From: a plasmid
NCBI RefSeq assembly: GCF_056746865.1
Contig: NZ_JBWKMP010000006.1
Length of the DNA stretch: 63,119 bases
Reading direction: 5' to 3' (one strand)
Below the pieces are notes generated by a model. The model was not told where the DNA came from, made no database searches, and saw only the letters and a list, made by a program, of their open reading frames with translations. Positions 8,377 through 18,040 of this stretch are shown here, piece after piece (within the stretch, counting starts at the first letter, position 1; every line of letters starts with the position of its first letter). The position numbers were made by a program, and so were the translations under genes.

Positions 8377-11078
8377 GTGAATGCAGTCATTCCGAAAAAG
8401 AGAAGGGACGGCAAGTCTTCGTTCGAAGACCTGGTATCCTACGTCTCTGTCCGGGATGACATGACCGATGAGGAACTGAATTTATCTTCTTCTTCGCAGG
8501 CTGAACAACCGCACCGAAGCCGTTTCAGTCGCCTTGTTGATTATGCGACACGCCTTCGAAATGAGTCATTCGTGGCGCTGGTTGATGTCATGAAGGACGG
8601 CTGCGAATGGGTCAACTTTTATGGTGTCACCTGTTTTCATAACTGTACTTCTCTTGAAACTGCTGCTGCAGATATGGAGTACATTGCGGACGGCAGGCAC
8701 ACTATGCAAAAGATGATACTGACCCTGTTTTTCACTACATTCTTTCCTGGCAGTCACATGAAAGCCCGCGTCCGGAACAGATTTATGACAGTGTACGTCA
8801 TACGCTGAAATCACTCGGCCTTGCCGACCATCAGTATGTCTCTGCCGTGCATACTGATACAGATAATCTGCACGTCCATGTGGCTGTTAACCGGGTACAC
8901 CCTGAAACGGGTTATCTGAACCGGTTATCATGGAGTCAGGAAAAACTCAGTCGTGCCTGCCGTGAGCTTGAACTGAAGCATGGTTTTGCTCCGGATAACG
9001 GTTGCTGGGTCCATGCGCCGGGAAATCGTATCGTTCGCAAAACTGCCGTTGAACGTGATCGCCAGAACGCTTGGACACGCGGAAAAAAACAAACTTTTCG
9101 CGAGTATGTTGCGCAGACAGCGGTCGCTGGTTTACGCAGTGAACCTGTACATGACTGGTTATCCCTGCATCGTCGTCTTGCGGAAGATGGTCTGTACCTG
9201 TCTCAGATGGACGGAAAATTTCTGGTGATGGATGGCTGGGATCGCAACAGGGAAGGTGTACAGCTTGACTCGTTTGGTCCCTCCTGGTGTGCAGAAAAAC
9301 TCATGAAAAAAATGGGTGACTACACGCCAGTGCCAAAAGACATTTTCAGCCAGGTGGAAGCACCAGGACGCTATAATCCGGACTTCATTGCAGCTGATGT
9401 TCGCCCGGAAAAAATCGCTGAAACAGAAAGTCTGCAGCAGTATGCCTGTCGTCATCTTGGAGAACGTCTGCCGGAAATGGCACGGGAAGGACGGCTGGAA
9501 AACTGCCAGGCTATTCACCGCACACTGGCTGAAGCGGGATTATGGATGCGTGTTCAGCATGGTCACCTGGTTATCTGTGACGGTTATGATCATAACCAGA
9601 CTCCCGTTCGTGCTGACAGCGTATGGTCACTGCTGACGCTCGACAATGTGAATCAACTCGATGGTGGCTGGCAGCCTGTACCAACAGATATTTTCCGCCA
9701 GGTTACGCCAACAGAACGCTTCCGTGGTCGTCGTATGGAGAGCTGTCCTGCGACCGATAAAGAATGGCACCGTATGCGTACAGGTACGGGGCCGCAGGGG
9801 GCTATCAAACGCGAACTGTTTTCTGACAAAGAAAGTCTGTGGGGATACAGCATCAGCCATTGTAGCCCTCAGATTGAAGAAATGATCACACAGGGTGAGT
9901 TTACCTGGCAGCGTTGTCATGAGTTGTTTGCACAACAGGGACTGATGCTACAGAAACAACATCACGGGCTTGTTGTCGTTGATGCCTTTAATCATGAGCA
10001 AACGCCGGTGAAGGCCAGCAGCATTCATCCTGATCTGACACTGGGGCGTGCGGAGCCACAGGCCGGACCTTTTGTGAGTGCTCCAGCAGATTTGTTTGAC
10101 AGGGTGCAACCTGAAAATCGCTATAACCCGGAGCTGGCTGTCAGTGACAGGTACGGGGTCAGCAGTAAACGTGACCCAATGCTGCGCCGGCAGCGACGTG
10201 AAGCCAGGGCTGAGGCCCGTGCTGACCTGCGTGCCCGCTATCTGGCATGGCGTGAACAATGGCGTAAACCGGATCTGCGTTATGGGGAACGTTGTCGGGA
10301 AATTCATCAGGCATGCCGTCTGCGGAAGTCACACATTCGTGCGCAGTACGATGATCCGGCATTACGTAAGCTGCATTATCACATTGCAGAAGTTCAGCGA
10401 ATGCAGGCATTGATCAGGCTGAAAGAAGACATCAGGGATGAGCGACAGAAACTTATTGCTGACGGGAAGTGGTATCCACCCTCTTACCGTCAGTGGGTCG
10501 AAATTCAGGCTGCTCAGGGAGACAGGGCTGCTGTATCGCAGTTGAGAGGCTGGGATTATCGCGATCGCCGTAAAGACAAGTCACGCACAACGACGACAGA
10601 CCGCTGTGTCGTGCTTTGTGAACCGGGCGGAACGCCGGTATACGGTAATACCGGTGATCTCGAGGCCCGTCTGCAGAAGAACGGGAGTGTTCGTTTCCGT
10701 GACCGTCGGACGGGAGAGTTTGTCTGTACGGATTATGGTGACAGGGTTGTTTTCCGTAATCACCATGACCGCAATGCGCTGGCAGATAAACTGGATTTGA
10801 TTGCACCGGTATTATTCGGGCGTGATCCACGCATGGGGTTTGAACCAGAAGGAAACGACAAACAATTTAACCAGGTCTTTGCTGAAATGGTTGCCTGGCA
10901 TAATGTGACAGGCCGTACCGGTCACGAAGACTACAGGATTACGCGACCGGACGTGGATCATCACCGTGAAGGAAGTGAACGCTACTACCGCGATTATATC
11001 GCGGCGAACAGCAACGATGACGCATCACTGCCTCCGCCGGAGCAGGATAAACGCTGGGAACCGCCTTCTCCAGGTTAA
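8377..11078 (+). pseudogene. nikB: NikB relaxase (MOBP), frameshifted in this sequence around 8698-8708
   Basis: N-terminal 143-aa ORF (8377-8808) and 743-aa ORF (8847-11078) join if one nucleotide is restored; the second frame upstream reads ...DPVFHYILSWQSHESPRPEQIYDSVRHTLKSLGLADHQYVSAVHTDTDNLHVHVAVNRVHPETGY (His-rich relaxase motif); combined ~900 aa. Confidence 0.85.
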
Positions 11079-11109
11079 AAAAAAGGCCGCGCCAGAATCC
11101 GGCGCGGCC
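11077..11109. terminator. terminator between convergent nikB and trbC
   Basis: A7 then GGCCGCGCC-AGAATCC-GGCGCGGCC perfect hairpin; T-run on the - strand. Confidence 0.6.
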
Positions 11110-11114
11110 ACTGT

Positions 11115-13406
11115 TCAGTACATTCCGTCCCAGTCCGGACGGTTGGTTTTTTTATGATGAAACCCGTTTACAGGACGCCCTGTCGGGTGGTTATTGTCCT
11201 GTGGAAGCGTTAACAGGTTTATACCTGCTCTTTCTGCTCTCACTGATATCTGATTTTCCTCTTTTGTTTCAGGTAGTTCTGGTCTGTTCAGCGTGATATA
11301 GCGAATTCGTCGCTCTTCCCGTGTGGTCGTTTTAAGCGTATTCACCGCTGTTTCCCACAAGGCACTTTCACGTGCGTTGATATCTGTGTCGTACTCTTCC
11401 AGCATTGCCATAGCCGCCTGACGTCCTGCAATGCGTTGCTGAAATGTATCCACGATCGTGTGCGGCTCTGTGCGAATTTTTCGTCTTTTTCTGGAGGGTT
11501 TTGCAGTCAGGACGCCAATGATGGCACTGACATTTTCCGGTGACGGTATTCGACGTTGAGTAGTACGGGGAACAAGACGGCGGAGACGGTCCAGGCGTGG
11601 CGCATCCACGCTGATATACCTGTTTATAACAACGGGATCGCTGCTGCAGCTTTTCTCATCGTCAGGGATGAAGAATGATGCTGATGGTACGGTTTCTCCC
11701 CGGAAAATAGAAAAGAACTCGCCAGGATGAAGTTCAATCAACTCCTGAACATTTATCTTGCTTTCCATCAGGATGCTGATTTGTGGGCTGTCAATCCATG
11801 ATTCACCAAATATGCCGTCCTGACGCTGCAGGTTGTTCATTCTCGCCCTGGCTTCTTCACCGGCGGCGCTTTTCAGCGTTCTGGCCGTACTACCCTCGCT
11901 GACAATCCTGCCGGCAAATTTTGTCCCCGTGTTCTGCATCAGTGTTGCAGTATTCGTGGCTGTTGTCTGTCCTTCTATACGTTCCTGGTCCTGTGCCATC
12001 AAAATCAGAGCAAAATCCAGTGAACGCACCTGAGTGGCTTCCACAGCAATACGGTCCGTATAGTATGCCCCTACTTCATCAAGGAAACACAGATAAGGGA
12101 AACGCCCCTTATATTTTTTGACTTCCAGTGCATCGGAATCAGTTCCTTCGAGGCGGTAGCCCAAATCACGGGCGAGAATCATACTTTTCTGGGTGATAAA
12201 CATTCGTCCAAGAGCAGACGTTGTATGCGCTGATGTATCCAGAGCGGGGATCATTACCATCAGAATCCTGTCGCTGTGAATGCTGTCACGGATATCGATA
12301 TCACCGGAATCTTCAGCAAAAATATCCCCGAATGCTTCCGTGAATGTGCTGAAAGTTTCAGAAAACTGCCCGGAGAGATAAGCATGTTGTTTTCTGGGTT
12401 CTTCCGTCCAGGCTGATGGTGTCCTGACCAGCGACAGGTCGAAACCGGGAACGTCCTGAAGGTAGTTACGTAACGGTGCGATAGCTTCTTCCGGCCACTG
12501 ATCATCGAGGCCACGACAGTAAAGTTTGGCCATCCCTTCGAGAGTCATATGTTCACGGAGCATCTGCAGCGACATTGTTTTGCCTTCGCGCACACACCAG
12601 AATTTAGTACCAAATACCAGTGCCTTATTCATGGCAATGGCCCGGGACTGCCACTCGCCCCCCTGGACGTTCTGGGGCAGCATTGACTGCATTGTCTCCG
12701 CTGTGAATGCCTCGGTGCTGTAACAGAAGGGATTCCAGGTATTTGACTGAGGACGCGTTTTTTCACCACTCAGAATGATTTCACTGCGGGATTTTCCTCC
12801 GTTCATGAAGTTAATGACTTCCACATCGTCTTCACGTCCAAAGCGTCTGGCCAGATACCAGATCGTTCTTGCCGTATCATTCTGTGCCTTGCCATCGACA
12901 AGGGTGAATCCTCTTGCCCAGCAAAGTGGGTTAATCGCCCAGGCAAAGATGGTTTCCGTTTTACCGCCACCGGTGGTGGCGAAAAACATTATATGGCGGG
13001 TCAGATCGTCCATACTCAGCCATAACTCCCTGCCAATATCCCTGACGCGTTGATAACCAACATAGAATATGCCGCTGGCCGGTGATTCCAGAATGACCTC
13101 ATACTGGAACAGGGTTGGCCAGAAGCTGAAAAGACTTCTTTTAATCATTCTGTCCTGTGACGGGTCAGCACATTCCAGCGTCATGGGCATACGAAGAGGG
13201 CAGCGCCATCGCTGCAGACTAAATACCAGCATTGTTATCAGTGTGAACAACAGACATGCCGGTAATGCAAGTGGCCAGATAAAACTGGCCACAAGACTTG
13301 CCACCAGGCAAAAGCCATAGATATTGAGACTCTGGAGTGCATTCCAGACAGGATTTCCCCAGGCTGTACGGTGTAAAAGCTCGGGGTTAACGCGATGTTC
13401 ACTCAT
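11115..13406 (-). CDS. trbC: TrbC, DotL/IcmO-like type IV coupling ATPase
   Basis: 763-aa ORF with N-terminal transmembrane segments and Walker A FFATTGGGKTE; size and position match R64 TrbC as recalled. Confidence 0.85.
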   Translation of the reverse strand: MSEHRVNPELLHRTAWGNPVWNALQSLNIYGFCLVASLVASFIWPLALPACLLFTLITMLVFSLQRWRCPLRMPMTLECADPSQDRMIKRSLFSFWPTLFQYEVILESPASGIFYVGYQRVRDIGRELWLSMDDLTRHIMFFATTGGGKTETIFAWAINPLCWARGFTLVDGKAQNDTARTIWYLARRFGREDDVEVINFMNGGKSRSEIILSGEKTRPQSNTWNPFCYSTEAFTAETMQSMLPQNVQGGEWQSRAIAMNKALVFGTKFWCVREGKTMSLQMLREHMTLEGMAKLYCRGLDDQWPEEAIAPLRNYLQDVPGFDLSLVRTPSAWTEEPRKQHAYLSGQFSETFSTFTEAFGDIFAEDSGDIDIRDSIHSDRILMVMIPALDTSAHTTSALGRMFITQKSMILARDLGYRLEGTDSDALEVKKYKGRFPYLCFLDEVGAYYTDRIAVEATQVRSLDFALILMAQDQERIEGQTTATNTATLMQNTGTKFAGRIVSEGSTARTLKSAAGEEARARMNNLQRQDGIFGESWIDSPQISILMESKINVQELIELHPGEFFSIFRGETVPSASFFIPDDEKSCSSDPVVINRYISVDAPRLDRLRRLVPRTTQRRIPSPENVSAIIGVLTAKPSRKRRKIRTEPHTIVDTFQQRIAGRQAAMAMLEEYDTDINARESALWETAVNTLKTTTREERRIRYITLNRPELPETKEENQISVRAERAGINLLTLPQDNNHPTGRPVNGFHHKKTNRPDWDGMY

Positions 13407-14469
13407 GGCCAGACTCGCTGTCGGTGGTTTTCAGGAATAAATTAAGCGTGCCAGTTTCCTGCAGAATTCCTGTAGGCAGATGCCAGCCGGTGTCGGACAG
13501 CACCCATGGGGTACCGGCAAATCCGAACTTACGGAAGGCGACATTGTTAACATCAATCGCAGCTCTGGCTGCTTTCAGGCATGTTTCATCTGCAGGCGTT
13601 GTTTCTTCTGATGGCGTCATCATTCCGTTATCTGCGGAATACAGTCGGTGCCAGCCGGCAGCACGTTTCTGAGCATCTTTTTCACACAGCAGTGGTGCCA
13701 CACGGTCGGTGGATTCCTCTCCACCAATAACTGAAACCGGGTAGATAACGACATTGAAGTCGCTGGCCAGGCGTTTTAAGGCCGGCTCCAGAAGTCTGCA
13801 GTTAGGACAGGCAGGATCGAGAAATGCGAACAGGGTTCGTTCATGACCGGATGACAGGTTGATGGTAAACATGCCCCGATCGGCGTTCCGCTTCAGAACA
13901 GTAGCCAGATTATGTCGCGCAGCTGCGGCTTCCGGATTTTTGCTTGTGATTGTTTTCTCCGGTACCTGGACGTCTTTTTTCGGGGGAACCGGGAGTTGAA
14001 TGCCTTCATTTAATGGCACAGTGTGATTCAGGTGAGGGGGAAGCAGTCGTGGCTCACCTGCTGTCTGTACTGCTTCAGGCGTTGTATCATCCCAGAATAC
14101 ACGATCAACATAGCGGAACAGAGAGAAGCCAATCGTTGCCATTACGAACAGCACAACGCTGGCGATTATGCCACGGAACAAAGGTGTTCTGCTGAAGCGG
14201 CGTTCCATCAGATATTCAAGGCGCAGGCAGGAATCAATAGCTGTAAGTATCTGGTCAGCGTTATGCTCCTGTTTATCAATCAGGACGGTTTCTCTGTTAC
14301 GGGTGCCCATGGCGTCAAAGGCTATATGAATCAGTTGATTATTTCGTGTTACCAGCCCTGACAGGGCATCCCGTGGAAGGACGGCAATAATTTCTGTCCT
14401 GCCATCCGGCCAGATTGCCTGCACGGAAATATGTTTTGCAATGCGTGTTGCAAAGTACTCGATTGTCAT
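13399..14469 (-). CDS. trbB: TrbB, thioredoxin-fold disulfide isomerase-like protein
   Basis: 356-aa ORF with a CPNC motif (FAFLDPACPNCRLLEPALKRL); overlaps the trbC start. Confidence 0.8.
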   Translation of the reverse strand: MTIEYFATRIAKHISVQAIWPDGRTEIIAVLPRDALSGLVTRNNQLIHIAFDAMGTRNRETVLIDKQEHNADQILTAIDSCLRLEYLMERRFSRTPLFRGIIASVVLFVMATIGFSLFRYVDRVFWDDTTPEAVQTAGEPRLLPPHLNHTVPLNEGIQLPVPPKKDVQVPEKTITSKNPEAAAARHNLATVLKRNADRGMFTINLSSGHERTLFAFLDPACPNCRLLEPALKRLASDFNVVIYPVSVIGGEESTDRVAPLLCEKDAQKRAAGWHRLYSADNGMMTPSEETTPADETCLKAARAAIDVNNVAFRKFGFAGTPWVLSDTGWHLPTGILQETGTLNLFLKTTDSESGHE

Positions 14470-14487
14470 TTTCAGTTCTCCGGATAA

Positions 14488-15696
14488 TCAGAATTCGTTG
14501 TCTGTAGCAGGTGTGCGGGGCAGGATGTCGTCGGTGAGGGACCAGTTGGTCAGGATGCGGCGTTTCCGGTCGCGATCTGGTTGTGGTTCATCCCAGATAA
14601 GACCGAGACTGAGCATATCCCGCCGTAAGCCTTCCACCGCTTCATCAACACAGGGTTCAGGGCAGGGAAGACCAAAACGCATGGCTTCGGCCTCTGCACG
14701 TGCAACGGCCACCACGCCAGCGCCTTCAATAAATCCTTTCGTGGTATTGGCGCGGTGTAATGCATAAAACAGCGTCCTGTCCACGCCTTTCAGCCAAATC
14801 CAGTTGGGTGGCGTAAGCCGCAGGTCATGTGCATACAGCCAGACCAGCCCACTGCGGACGTAGCGATGTTGTTTCAGCCATTGCTGTGCTCCGTTGCTTT
14901 TAATCACTCTCTGGAAAGCTGATTTGGCCAGTGAATAAACAGGGGTACAGAATTTCCCACTGTCCCGTTTGCTTTTAATTCTGCATGAGAGGTTCAGTGT
15001 ATCCATGAGCTTTAATGCTGCCTTACGATCATCCAGGAAATACTGAAGACCAAATATGGCAAAGAGCGCTTTTTCATGTGGTGCCATGTCTTTCCAGGAC
15101 GTTAAAGGTTTACCCAACTGGGCCATGAAACATCGTCTTGCAGCTGCAACATCGAGCTGCATATTGGTGATGAGAGTATGCTGCTCGACAAATGCTTCCG
15201 GGGTGAGAGCAACCCGCCGTTCAGGTCGTTTGCCACCATGAAAGAGTTTTTCCGGATCACCATCTGCCAGTACAGGGGCGATAGCCAGGGACAACAAAGC
15301 AAAGATGTGTGGCAGGCGGGTAATATCTACTGGTCTGCGGGTGAAACGACTTTGTCCCGGATGTTGATACCACTCCCACAAACACCAGAGTGTCACAGGT
15401 AAGAGGTACATCCACAGAATACCTATGGTCTGCTCCATGACGTTAACCCACTGGCTATAGCTTATGTTGGCGGCGTTGTTACCGGTCATGGCAAGCAGGT
15501 TGTATCGTGGTGCTGCATAGTTATGAAATGGTCCCCAGTCAACCAGTCCCCATAAGGTATGAAGAATCAGGCAGCTGGCGTAAACCACTTCCGGCAAGAA
15601 TAACCATATAACGAATAGCAGCAGGATAAGAAGGACACCAACAGCGCCCCATATCTGCATAGGATCTTCTGCGACAGGCTGTCGATTGTAAGACAT
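14488..15696 (-). CDS. trbA: TrbA, integral membrane transfer protein
   Basis: 402-aa ORF with a hydrophobic N-terminus, upstream of trbB in the same operon. Confidence 0.75.
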   Translation of the reverse strand: MSYNRQPVAEDPMQIWGAVGVLLILLLFVIWLFLPEVVYASCLILHTLWGLVDWGPFHNYAAPRYNLLAMTGNNAANISYSQWVNVMEQTIGILWMYLLPVTLWCLWEWYQHPGQSRFTRRPVDITRLPHIFALLSLAIAPVLADGDPEKLFHGGKRPERRVALTPEAFVEQHTLITNMQLDVAAARRCFMAQLGKPLTSWKDMAPHEKALFAIFGLQYFLDDRKAALKLMDTLNLSCRIKSKRDSGKFCTPVYSLAKSAFQRVIKSNGAQQWLKQHRYVRSGLVWLYAHDLRLTPPNWIWLKGVDRTLFYALHRANTTKGFIEGAGVVAVARAEAEAMRFGLPCPEPCVDEAVEGLRRDMLSLGLIWDEPQPDRDRKRRILTNWSLTDDILPRTPATDNEF

Positions 15697-15869
15697 GACA
15701 AAGTCTCCATTTCTGGAATTTAAATCAAACGGAAAGGTTAAAAATTTATTTGCAGGCGATAAGAGCTAACCAGAGGAATTAGCCGTGTGATAAAAGGATT
15801 GTTGCAGATACGAAAGTCGTTAGAATAGCTGCGGGCGCTTGAGGCTGTATGCCGAAAGCGTTTTGTGGA

Positions 15870-15935
15870 CGGTATACAGCAGAAAGCCCCAGGCGATTTT
15901 TTTATCAATCAACCAAGGGCTCTACTGTAATGCCT
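15870..15935 (-). ncRNA. pndB: candidate PndB (Sok-like) antisense RNA
   Basis: - strand promoter-like TTGCCT-N17-TACTATAAT (15977-15943) directed across the pndC translation-initiation region; boundaries are approximate. Confidence 0.3.
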
Positions 15936-16133
15936 AGACAACATTATAGTAGCCCGATAACCGCCGTAAGGCAATGGAGGGGCTATGATGCCACAGCGAA
16001 CGTTTTTAATGATGTTAATCGTCGTCTGTGTGACGATTCTGTGTTTTGTCTGGATGGTGAGGGATTCGCTTTGCGGACTCCGGCTCCAGCAGGGAAACAC
16101 AGTGCTTGTGGCAACGTTAGCCTACGAAGTTAA
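15930..16133 (+). CDS. pndC: PndC (Mok-like overlapping reading frame)
   Basis: ATG 15930 frame MPRQHYSSPITAVRQWRGYDATANVF... overlaps pndA in a different frame, as in hok/mok. Confidence 0.5.
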   Translation: MPRQHYSSPITAVRQWRGYDATANVFNDVNRRLCDDSVFCLDGEGFALRTPAPAGKHSACGNVSLRS

Positions 16134-16140
16134 ACGTTAA
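15985..16140 (+). CDS. pndA: PndA, Hok-family type I toxin
   Basis: 51-aa peptide MMPQRTFLMMLIVVCVTILCFVWMVRDSLCGLRLQQGNTVLVATLAYEVKR (Hok/Gef signature); below the 60-aa cutoff of the ORF track. Confidence 0.85.
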   Translation: MMPQRTFLMMLIVVCVTILCFVWMVRDSLCGLRLQQGNTVLVATLAYEVKR

Positions 16141-16150
16141 CGGGCAACAC

Positions 16151-16172
16151 GGCGGCAGGTTTTCTGCCGCCG
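16151..16172 (+). terminator. terminator hairpin downstream of pndA
   Basis: GGCGGCAG-GTTTTC-TGCCGCC followed by a T-rich stretch. Confidence 0.4.
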
Positions 16173-16211
16173 CTTTGTTGCGAAGGCTGACCTCATTGCG
16201 CCCTTTCTTCT

Positions 16212-16463
16212 TCAATGAAGCGTATCCGGTATTGTTTCATTTCCCCTGAAGCCGATTAGCTCCAGCCGAATGCCTTTGCCATCGGGGGCCACGTTCTGCA
16301 TTTCGCAGATACCACGTCGGGTCATGAGTGTGAAGGCTGTCATTGCCAGCATGGCTAACGCGTTTTCCTCGCTTCCGCTGCGTTTCTCGAGAGCATCGGC
16401 AATTTCTTCTATGCTCCCCACCTGAAAGCAAGAGTCGAATTCTTTACTCCACTTTTCTGACAT
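16212..16463 (-). CDS. hypothetical protein
   Basis: 83-aa ORF from ATG (16463), weak Shine-Dalgarno; no motif recognised. Confidence 0.4.
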   Translation of the reverse strand: MSEKWSKEFDSCFQVGSIEEIADALEKRSGSEENALAMLAMTAFTLMTRRGICEMQNVAPDGKGIRLELIGFRGNETIPDTLH

Positions 16464-16614
16464 CGGATTTTCTCTCTGTATTTATGGGTAGTTATCGAAC
16501 TGAATGTGCCAGTTTTTTCAGGAGACGGCAAAGTTGAGATGATTGGTTCTGATTCAGAGCATGAGTTTCCCGGTGTGACGGGCATGTCGGGCGGATTTTG
16601 AGAAACAACAGATG

Positions 16615-16646
16615 TAAAAAAACCGACTGGTGAGGTCGGTTTTTTT
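16615..16646. terminator. bidirectional rho-independent terminator
   Basis: A7-ACCGAC-TGGTGAG-GTCGGT-T6. Confidence 0.55.
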
Positions 16647-16770
16647 ACTGTTCCGTTACAGAGTGGGTGGCTCTGACCGGAGGTCTATAACTGACGCTAA
16701 AAATGATAATTTGTTCTAACTGATTAATGTTCATGCCATAAGTTTACGGGAAAGGCTGACCACCTGATAT

Positions 16771-16801
16771 TTGCAAAATACGCAAGTCCATCCTGTATAA
16801 T
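16771..16801 (+). promoter_or_regulatory. sigma70-like promoter for the DinQ-like locus
   Basis: TTGCAA (16771-16776), 19-bp spacer, TATAAT (16796-16801) preceded by TG. Confidence 0.45.
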
Positions 16802-17028
16802 CCGCAGGTCAACCAAGCTCTGTAATGGCTAGACACATTCTGTAGCCCGCTGATATCCATCGGGACTATGGACAGCTGTGCTATTCAAAGTCCTGGCCGG
16901 ACAAACAGGTGGTGCTGCGTTTGGTGCTCTGGCCGGAGGAAGTCTCTTTTCAACTAACACTGAAAGTGCCGTTGTGACAGGCAATGTAAGAGTAAACAAC
17001 GGTGATTTCTCCAGTGATGGAGAAGCGG

Positions 17029-17142
17029 ATGATTTCCCTGTTAATCATCGTTCTCAGGGCGGTAGTTGCCGTTGCAAACGCGCTGATTGCTGTTCTGGAA
17101 CTGATCCGGGAACTCGTCTTGCTGATAAGCCTGGAAACGTAA
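17029..17142 (+). CDS. small hydrophobic peptide, candidate type I toxin (DinQ-like)
   Basis: 37-aa ORF MISLLIIVLRAVVAVANALIAVLELIRELVLLISLET with GGAG 6 nt upstream; resembles DinQ as recalled (ALIALLELIRFLL); promoter upstream and hairpin downstream. Confidence 0.45.
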   Translation: MISLLIIVLRAVVAVANALIAVLELIRELVLLISLET

Positions 17143-17143
17143 C

Positions 17144-17176
17144 TAAGGGCAGGGATTTACCGCTAACCTGCCCTTT
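17144..17176 (+). terminator. terminator-like hairpin after the DinQ-like ORF
   Basis: AAGGGCAGG...CCTGCCCTT stem followed by TTTAAC. Confidence 0.4.
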
Positions 17177-17191
17177 AACAAAAAAGAGATC

Positions 17192-17368
17192 TCACGTTAA
17201 AAATTTGTACCCTTCTTTAACTTCCAGTGCCTGCTCCTTTGACTCAAACATCAGTCTTGTTTTCCCGGGAACACCCCATGAAATGTATTCAACATCTATC
17301 CACCATTTTCCATATTCTTCATATGGCCCGGATATTACTTTTTTGACAAAGGCGTCTACCAGATTCAT
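17192..17368 (-). CDS. hypothetical small protein
   Basis: 58-aa ORF MNLVDAFVKKVISGPYEEYGKWWIDVEYISWGVPGKTRLMFESKEQALEVKEGYKFLT from ATG 17368; AGGA-type Shine-Dalgarno. Confidence 0.35.
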   Translation of the reverse strand: MNLVDAFVKKVISGPYEEYGKWWIDVEYISWGVPGKTRLMFESKEQALEVKEGYKFLT

Positions 17369-17759
17369 TGTTTTTTCCTTTTTGTGTTGAAAATAATTAA
17401 TGCCAGAGCACAGCGAAAATAATGAATGCGCTGGCTGTGATAATTGCGATTTTCTCCCATATGATATTTTTCTCATGGGGGTTTCTACGGAGATTATTTC
17501 TTCGCATTGAGATACCGGTATTCATGTTTTATCTTGGACTTTTGTTTTGTTGTCTGTCTGGCAGGCTGTTCTGCGCCCGTTTGTGACAAGGTTAGCTTAT
17601 GGGGTTAAATGGTCACGGACATCATGCGGACGGTTCCCTGTCACATGCCATCTGGTTTTTTCATTCAAATTGAGAGATATTGCTAAGTTGAGTCGCTTGC
17701 GATAGTGGACTCCTGTTTGTAAGTGAGTGCCATTGTTTATTTCATGAAGAGGATTGATT

Positions 17760-17969
17760 ATGAGCATGCCTCCTGCGATAGCTAATACTTTCTTGTTTGA
17801 AATGATGAAGAGTAAATCAAAAGACGTTACACTTGCTGCGATCTATGCATTAGGTGAAGGCCGGTGTCAGGCGGAGAACATTACTCGTGAATTACATAGA
17901 TTGAGTCAAAGTGATGATATGGAAATAAAAATTGCTGCGATTAAAGCACTTGGTCGAATTTATCGGTAA
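17760..17969 (+). CDS. hypothetical small protein with HEAT-like repeats
   Basis: 69-aa ORF with GAGGA Shine-Dalgarno; two short repeats (AAIYALGEG / IAAIKALGRI) reminiscent of HEAT/PBS-lyase repeats. Confidence 0.4.
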   Translation: MSMPPAIANTFLFEMMKSKSKDVTLAAIYALGEGRCQAENITRELHRLSQSDDMEIKIAAIKALGRIYR

Positions 17970-18040
17970 CGGCATAAGTTATCTGTTGTAATGAACAAAA
18001 GCCGGCTCATTTGAACCGGCTGTTATGGAGGGAGCTTATC

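Noticed and set aside
16810-17028. Search for a Hok-like toxin ORF in the second pnd-like locus
   Set aside because: No frame encodes a Hok/Gef-like peptide; the mok-like ATG opens only a 6-codon ORF (MARHIL), so the locus is not a simple pnd duplicate
17063-17074. GGCGGTAGTTGC, an ops-like 8-mer inside the DinQ-like ORF
   Set aside because: Only the first eight positions match ops and it is inside a coding region on the + strand; probably chance
16878-17390. 170-aa + strand ORF overlapping the DinQ-like peptide
   Set aside because: It runs through a terminator hairpin and through the opposite-strand ORF 17192-17368 and has no ribosome-binding site; the short hydrophobic ORF is the better-supported reading
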